Shown here piece by piece: positions 58,516 through 64,000 of a stretch of DNA of 64,000 nt. The translations under genes were made by a program, and so were the position numbers. Numbering within the stretch: the first letter of the stretch is position 1; each line of letters opens with the position of its first letter. This DNA comes from Candidatus Delongbacteria bacterium (GTDB taxonomy: Bacteria; CAIWAD01), in NCBI GenBank assembly GCA_963663545.1, contig OY760505.1, forward strand, positions 1,536,001-1,600,000, written 5' to 3'. The notes under the pieces were generated by a model that worked only from the letters and a program-made list of their open reading frames with translations, made no database searches and had not been told where the DNA came from.

Positions 58516-59168
58516 GGCACCAACTCCGCCGCTTCTTTGATACTGAAATCGTTAATCCAGCCACGTGAGCGCCAGAGGGTCGCTTCGTCTTTCGCGTCCG
58601 CTTTTGAAGAAAATCCACCTGCCAGCGCGTAATACAAACGGCCATCGTGTGATACACGAGTGGCAACGCCGTGCTCTTCCAGCCTTCTGAGCGCTCGTTC
58701 TGCATTCGCTTCGGTAGAAAATGCGCCCACCTGCACCAGCCAATCTGCGCGATCGGGCAACAAGTCGCAGCGATAGCTCTCTTCATGCTGACGCAAACGC
58801 TGCTCATACACGCGCAAACTGTCGTCCTGTCTGTGCAGACAGAACCAGTCGCACAGAACGCGATTGGCCTCTGTACGCACCCAGTCAGGGCTCGCCGGAT
58901 GTGAGGAGATGCAGCGCATCATGTTGAGCACGGCGGCTGTATCACGAACCCCAAGGCTACGCACCAGCAAACGCTCGGGCTCACTGACGCCCGCCTCTAC
59001 CTGCTTCTGCAGCGCTTGCATGTCATGGTTCAGATAGTCCGCGTGCTGTATTGCGGCGGTTGAAGTCCGCAGACAAAGCAGCAAAGAAGCGACAAGCAGG
59101 AACGCGCCTCCCATGGCTTCCCTTGTCAGGATGCGCTCTGACGTTGGTAGCTCTCCCAGCTTCCACAC
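58512..59168 (-). CDS. SPOR-domain protein
   Basis: TM segment; C-terminal VQVGAFS..ANAE...G.F. Confidence 0.75.
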   Translation of the reverse strand: MWKLGELPTSERILTREAMGGAFLLVASLLLCLRTSTAAIQHADYLNHDMQALQKQVEAGVSEPERLLVRSLGVRDTAAVLNMMRCISSHPASPDWVRTEANRVLCDWFCLHRQDDSLRVYEQRLRQHEESYRCDLLPDRADWLVQVGAFSTEANAERALRRLEEHGVATRVSHDGRLYYALAGGFSSKADAKDEATLWRSRGWINDFSIKEAAELVP

Positions 59169-60280
59169 GTGGGGCAGCGGAAGGGTGCCTCGGCTGCGAG
59201 CGCTCCACAGGTCTCACACTTGTACTGCTGATGACGGTGGAACATGCGCTCGGTGAACTCCAGCGCACAGCGCGAGAGCTCGTTGAAGTTCTTGCGCTTG
59301 GCAAGCAGACGAATCTGCATGCGCACCAGATCCATGTCGGCTTCAACCTGCTCGCGTCCCAGATCCAGCACCTTGAAGGCCTCGTCAAAATTGCCCTTGC
59401 GCTCCTGGAACCCTGCCATGCGCAGGTAACCGTCTGAGTTCTGGGGATTGCTGTCGATGACCTTGCGGTAGAAACTCTCGATCTCGCCAAAACGGCCCTG
59501 CTCAAAGAGCACGCGTTCAAGTCGGTCAAACACCAAGGACGCGTAGCGCGGTGCAGCGAAGGGCAACTTGGTCCAGAATACAATGGCCTCGTCGATGCGA
59601 CCTTCCTGCTCGTAGGTATCACCAATGAGCAGATAAGCAGGCGCACAGGCCGAGTAGAGCTTGATCGCATCCTTGCATTTCACGCGCGCAGCACGTCCCT
59701 TGCCGGAAGCGGCCACCTCACGGGCGGACTCGACCAGAATCAACGCCCGGCGCTGGCTCAGGTCCTTGCTTGTAACCGCCTCAAGGCGGCGCGCGCACTC
59801 GTGGGCCGCATCCCAGCGACCGAGTTGTTCCAGCAGCTTGAGACGCAGTTTGAAGGCCTCCGCCGAACGGCGATTGGACTCCAACGCCTTGTCCACAGCT
59901 TTCAGCGCAGGCTCAGGCTGTCCGGCCAGAATCAGATCCCGTGCGTACTCGCAATGGATACGGGCCATGGTCTCGGCTTGCAAACCGCCGCGAACGGTCA
60001 ACTCGCGGTGAATCTTCAGCGCCCGTTGAATCTCGCCCAACTCGCGATACACCTGACCCAATTTGATGTAGGCGCGAACCTGCTCGCTGTCCTGCTGCAC
60101 TACACGCTGCAAATGCGTTGCCGCTGTACGCCAGTCACGAACAAGCATCGCCTCGAGGCCTGAGGTGAACTCCTCTTCAGCGTTGTTGCGTTTCTTGCGC
60201 TTCAGTGCCACCAACAGAACAATGACCGCAATCGCAACGAAGGCGGCCAGGGTGAGGAAGAGGATCAGCTTGGTGATCAT
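59126..60280 (-). CDS. lapB: LPS assembly protein LapB-like (TPR + rubredoxin)
   Basis: N-terminal TM, RALKIH, TPR repeats, YKCETCG...CPTCGSWES. Confidence 0.82.
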   Translation of the reverse strand: MITKLILFLTLAAFVAIAVIVLLVALKRKKRNNAEEEFTSGLEAMLVRDWRTAATHLQRVVQQDSEQVRAYIKLGQVYRELGEIQRALKIHRELTVRGGLQAETMARIHCEYARDLILAGQPEPALKAVDKALESNRRSAEAFKLRLKLLEQLGRWDAAHECARRLEAVTSKDLSQRRALILVESAREVAASGKGRAARVKCKDAIKLYSACAPAYLLIGDTYEQEGRIDEAIVFWTKLPFAAPRYASLVFDRLERVLFEQGRFGEIESFYRKVIDSNPQNSDGYLRMAGFQERKGNFDEAFKVLDLGREQVEADMDLVRMQIRLLAKRKNFNELSRCALEFTERMFHRHQQYKCETCGALAAEAPFRCPTCGSWESYQRQSAS

Positions 60281-60630
60281 CGCGCGCGCTCTCCCTTGGC
60301 TGACGAGGCCGTGGAGCCCTCCTCGGGCAGCAGCTCCTCTTCCGGCAACAGGGGCAGATTACGGAGGCGGGTCAGCTCGGATTTCAAGTCAATATTTCGG
60401 CGTTCCATGCGATGCAGTTTGCGACGCAACTCCAGGGTACCGAAAAAGCTGACTACGCCCCAAAGCACGCATCCCAGAAAAATGGCGCAGAGCACGACAA
60501 CGGCCAATGCCAGCCGCAAATGCAGATTCCAGAGCGGCAGCTGCAGCGAGACCTCGGTCATGTTGACGGCGGCAAAAAGCGAGGCGTAGATCAGAACAAG
60601 AATGGTCAGGAACCAACGGATCACCCACAT
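60277..60630 (-). CDS. lapA: LapA-family membrane protein
   Basis: FAAVN..V, second TM, coiled-coil tail; directly upstream of lapB. Confidence 0.75.
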   Translation of the reverse strand: MWVIRWFLTILVLIYASLFAAVNMTEVSLQLPLWNLHLRLALAVVVLCAIFLGCVLWGVVSFFGTLELRRKLHRMERRNIDLKSELTRLRNLPLLPEEELLPEEGSTASSAKGERAR

Positions 60631-60674
60631 GGGATACCTCGATATTGACAATGGTAGTCCAAGGACGCCCTGTG

Positions 60675-62054
60675 TCATACAGGCTTTGGCAGTTCTTCCA
60701 GGGGAGTGCCCTCAACATGAGTAACACAGCCGCGCAGAGTAAAAGCCGACACCTCATCCACTCGAACGTGCACCAGGGAACCGATACCAAAACGTGGATC
60801 ACGGGGAAAGACCGCAACACGGTTGCACGAGGTGCGCCCCGTCAGCTCATTGTCGCTCTTTTTGCTGGTGGATTCAACCAGCACCTCGTAGCTGCGCCTC
60901 TTGCAGGCCGCGGCATTTTCGAGGGTGATCCGCCGTTGCAGATCAATCAACTGCTGCAGACGACGTCCTTTGACTTCAGGCGGAACGTCGTCCTCCCACC
61001 TGGCGGATTCGGCTCCTTCGCGGGGGCTGTAGGCAAAGGTGAAGGCGCTATCAAAGCGCACTTCTTCCACAACACGCAGCGTATCCTGAAAGTCCCTCTC
61101 GCTCTCGCCGGGAAAGCCTACAATAATATCGGTGCCCAGTCCCAGATCCGGCATCAGACGACGCGCCTCGCTCACGAGCTCCAGAAATCGCTCTGCCGTG
61201 TAGCCGCGACGCATGCGCTTGAGCACATCGTTGCCGCCCGCTTGCAGCGGGAGGTGCATATGATGGCAGACCTTGGGGTTGCCAGCCATCTCGTGCAGAA
61301 CATCGGCACTGAAATCCTTGGGATGCGGGCTGGTAAAGCGAATGCGATCCACGCCCTCAACGGCAGAAACGGCACGCAACAGATGCGCGAAACCCGCGCC
61401 TTGCTCGCTGGCAACCAGGTGCTGCCGGTCACGGAAACTGTTGACGTTCTGCCCCAGCAGCGTGATTTCGCGAAAACCCTGTGCTGCAGCGTGACGCACT
61501 TCTTCGACCACAGCCTCGACGCGGCGGCTGCGCTCCCGTCCACGCGTATAGGGCACAATGCAGTAGGCGCACATATTGTTGCAGCCGCGCATGATGGTCA
61601 CCCAGGCGTTAACGCCGCTGCCGCGTGTCGGATAGAGCTCCTCGTAGATCTCGCTGCTGTCCAGCTCCGCCAGCAGGCGTGGTGCGGCACCAGCTCGCAA
61701 ATCGGCGATTACGCGAGGAAGCTGTCGGTACTGGTCCGGGCCCATGACCAGGTCCAGCGCCGAATTGCCTTCGAGCAACTTGCCCGCCAGGTGCGTGCTC
61801 ATGCAGCCCAGAATGCCGATGATCGTGCCCGGTCGCTGATCCTTGTGCTGCTTGTAGCGTGCGATCTGCGCCAATACACGGTTCTCGGCGCCTTCGCGCA
61901 CCGCGCATGTATTGGCCAAGACGATGTCTGCGTTGTCGATTGTCTGGGTTTGCGCGTATCCCGCTCCGCGCAGCAGCGTTGCTACCAGCTCGCTGTCATT
62001 GACATTCATCTGGCAGCCGTAGGTCTCAAGGTAGAAGGTCGGGGATTGGCTCAT
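60675..62054 (-). CDS. miaB: tRNA methylthiotransferase MiaB
   Basis: ETYGCQMN, NTCAVRE, GCNNMCAYC, LLGQNVN, RFTSPHP, C-terminal TRAM. Confidence 0.95.
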   Translation of the reverse strand: MSQSPTFYLETYGCQMNVNDSELVATLLRGAGYAQTQTIDNADIVLANTCAVREGAENRVLAQIARYKQHKDQRPGTIIGILGCMSTHLAGKLLEGNSALDLVMGPDQYRQLPRVIADLRAGAAPRLLAELDSSEIYEELYPTRGSGVNAWVTIMRGCNNMCAYCIVPYTRGRERSRRVEAVVEEVRHAAAQGFREITLLGQNVNSFRDRQHLVASEQGAGFAHLLRAVSAVEGVDRIRFTSPHPKDFSADVLHEMAGNPKVCHHMHLPLQAGGNDVLKRMRRGYTAERFLELVSEARRLMPDLGLGTDIIVGFPGESERDFQDTLRVVEEVRFDSAFTFAYSPREGAESARWEDDVPPEVKGRRLQQLIDLQRRITLENAAACKRRSYEVLVESTSKKSDNELTGRTSCNRVAVFPRDPRFGIGSLVHVRVDEVSAFTLRGCVTHVEGTPLEELPKPV

Positions 62055-62079
62055 AGTGGCTTTCTATCGGTTCAGGCAG

Positions 62080-63453
62080 CTATTGAATGCACAAGGGAAC
62101 GGTCTGCCCTTCTGCTTTCAGAAAAACGATGCCAGCAGCAGTAGCTGGCAATTGTATCACATGAACTCCATCGTGGCCTTCCAGCGGAAGTGTAGCCAGC
62201 GCCTGCCCCGCCAGGTTGAAGACGGACAGGTTTTCGACGGGACGCGAGAGTCGCAGAGAGCGCACTCGTGCACCAGGATTGGGCCAAAGGGCGACGATGG
62301 CCTCTGTCGAGAATACGATCTGCTCCCAGGCAAGCGACCAGCTTGCATACACGCTACTCGCATTGCAGAAGAGAATGTAGTCACGAGCGGCGAGCTGAAG
62401 TGTGTCACCGATCTGCAGTGTTTCCGGCTGATAGGAGCCGTAACGCATCAGACGGATACAGCCCGGCAAGGCCTGGATAGTGGCCTCAAGAGAATAGGTC
62501 CCAGCGGCAGGTAGTCTGCGTGCAACACAACTCAACTCCTGCAATGTGCCTTGACTTGCGCCTCCAGTAGCGGGAAGTAATGCGGGGATCAACTCGGTTC
62601 CCACCTCGGGAAATGCTGCGAGCTCTGTGATACACGGATCCGCGCCAGCAGGAATGGGAATTCCGCTCTGCAGGATCTCGCACATGGCGGCGGCATACGT
62701 GTCGGCGGCATCGCCCGATTGGTTCAGAAAAACGCTCCACGCACGATGCTCGCCATCCAGCTCGAGAAAGGTATTCAACAGCGGAGTCGTGTCTGCCCAA
62801 CGACACAGCGCATGCTTGACCACCATTGCCGCGCCGTACTCGCGCGTGCCGTCTGTGCTACTCAGGGGACGGTCAAGATCTTCGAGGAACGCGGGCGCGT
62901 AACGCGTCACCCAGTCGTCTAGATCCGGATACGTGTAGTCTTCGGCCCAGACAGCGCTGGCTTCCAAAAAGGCACGATCGCGTTCGTCAATGCCATCGCT
63001 CAATGCAGCCAATTGGAAGGCGTGGAACAACTCGTGTGCTACGGTGACACGTGTCACGGATAGTGGATCACCACCGAAATCGGCCATATTGCTGGCCACA
63101 TACATCTCGCTCAGGCCGTTGCCCAGAATCATTGTTCCACCGGGAAAGCCCTGACGCACCAGATATATGGGATAGCTTAGGCGTTCCCCGAGTGGGACCT
63201 GCCATGCACCGGGAAATGCCTCGTATGCGCTCCGGGCTGCTGTGGCGGCTTCCAGGACCGCCTGCACCTGCTCGCTGCTGCTGACGCTTTCACCACTGCC
63301 GTTCCAAAACACACAGAAGAAGCCGTCATCGCTGCAACTACTGAACTCGAACTCTTCTGCAACAGACAATGCGCCCGTTGGCGTGAGAAAGCAGCTTCGC
63401 GCCTGAGCAGAAAATGCTGCACCAAGCAGCACAATCAGAAAGAGGAGCCTCAT
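62080..63453 (-). CDS. Secreted zinc-metallopeptidase-like protein with degenerate T9SS CTD
   Basis: Signal peptide, AHELFHAFQ (HExxH), EASAVWAED, WPNP..VFNLAGQ. Confidence 0.65.
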   Translation of the reverse strand: MRLLFLIVLLGAAFSAQARSCFLTPTGALSVAEEFEFSSCSDDGFFCVFWNGSGESVSSSEQVQAVLEAATAARSAYEAFPGAWQVPLGERLSYPIYLVRQGFPGGTMILGNGLSEMYVASNMADFGGDPLSVTRVTVAHELFHAFQLAALSDGIDERDRAFLEASAVWAEDYTYPDLDDWVTRYAPAFLEDLDRPLSSTDGTREYGAAMVVKHALCRWADTTPLLNTFLELDGEHRAWSVFLNQSGDAADTYAAAMCEILQSGIPIPAGADPCITELAAFPEVGTELIPALLPATGGASQGTLQELSCVARRLPAAGTYSLEATIQALPGCIRLMRYGSYQPETLQIGDTLQLAARDYILFCNASSVYASWSLAWEQIVFSTEAIVALWPNPGARVRSLRLSRPVENLSVFNLAGQALATLPLEGHDGVHVIQLPATAAGIVFLKAEGQTVPLCIQ

Positions 63454-64000
63454 CGCAAAAGCGTCACTTTGCGGATTTGCGTTGTCGCCGCACCGCCGTC
63501 GGCGGGTACGAGCTCAAAACGCAGGAAGTAAATGCCAGCCGCGTAGGCGTCCATGTTCAGGGTGAAATGGGTCTCGCCCGAACGCACGTAACGCTGCGGA
63601 TCTTGTATCACAGTCTGTCCCAGCAGATTGTGGACCGACAGCTTCAAGGTTCCAGTTGTCGGTGCCAGGTAAGAAATCACCGTGGTTGGATTGAAGGGAT
63701 TGGGATATACGCTGATCGCGATTTCTGGTGTACGTGGCACACTTGGCAGCGGAGTCGATTCACTTGGAAGCTCCTCATCGCCTTGCAGAAGCACAAGATC
63801 ATCAATGGCAATACCGTAGGACCATTGTCCGTGATACACAATCGCCACTTGCACACTGTCTGTAGCCGAAAGCGCAGACAAAGTCGCGCTGCGGCATTCC
63901 CACTCTTCGGTCGGTTCAGGAAGATCCAGTAGCGTCCACGGGTTGTTGCTTCGCGCACGGCCCAATACGTCAACGCGGCTACCGTAGCCCTCGGCGTAAT
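63450..64000 (-). CDS. T9SS cargo protein, 3' part (5' end beyond window)
   Basis: IAIDDL, VYPNPFNPTT..HNLLGQ..AAGIYFL..KVTLLR. Confidence 0.75.
   Translation of the reverse strand, partial: YAEGYGSRVDVLGRARSNNPWTLLDLPEPTEEWECRSATLSALSATDSVQVAIVYHGQWSYGIAIDDLVLLQGDEELPSESTPLPSVPRTPEIAISVYPNPFNPTTVISYLAPTTGTLKLSVHNLLGQTVIQDPQRYVRSGETHFTLNMDAYAAGIYFLRFELVPADGGAATTQIRKVTLLR

Larger units (their letters stand above)
764..63837. repeat. Dispersed highly iterated heptamer GTATCAC/GTGATAC (family GTRWYAC)
   Basis: About 90 exact copies by manual scan, e.g. 764, 2866, 3197, 3209, 6508, 8081, 22471, 25003, 29702, 44121, 53053, 57362, 63831. Confidence 0.85.

Noticed and set aside
63044..63057. Perfect 14-bp palindrome GTGACACGTGTCAC resembling matS
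   Set aside because: matS is 13 bp (GTGACRNYGTCAC); this is best explained as two abutting variants of the iterated heptamer inside a CDS.
764..63837. Heptamer as a Chi/KOPS-type polar signal or a CRISPR repeat
   Set aside because: It occurs in both orientations in similar numbers with irregular spacing; no repeat-spacer array or cas genes were seen.

Overview
64-kb window of a GC-rich (visually ~55-60%) bacterium, probably FCB-superphylum-like (several secreted proteins end in a T9SS-type 'PNPFNP...SGxY...K' C-terminal domain). Left part: poly-gamma-glutamate synthase pgsB/pgsC, sugar/housekeeping genes (epimerase, acpS, pgi, resB-like, NlpC/P60, gamma-CA, histidine kinase), a T9SS cargo gene, a candidate structured ncRNA, and an IS-rich patch (intact IS630, IS3, deleted IS630) beside tRNA-Leu(CAA). 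Centre (~19-41 kb): an H2-metabolism region with two trimeric NAD-linked [FeFe]-hydrogenases (one bifurcating-type, one non-bifurcating-type by beta-subunit signatures), a hydrogenase-histidine kinase sensor with response regulators, hydG-aspA-hydF-hydE maturases and Rex-like operators. Right part: orphan adenine MTase, DEAD-box helicase, UvrD with inserted DEDDh exonuclease, ExeM nuclease, mutS, lapAB, miaB and T9SS cargo. The most striking unexplained signal is a heptamer GTATCAC/GTGATAC (degenerate palindrome GTRWYAC) found about 90 times by manual count (roughly 8 expected), mostly inside genes and in both orientations, but absent from specific blocks. All calls come from reading motifs by eye; no database searches were run.
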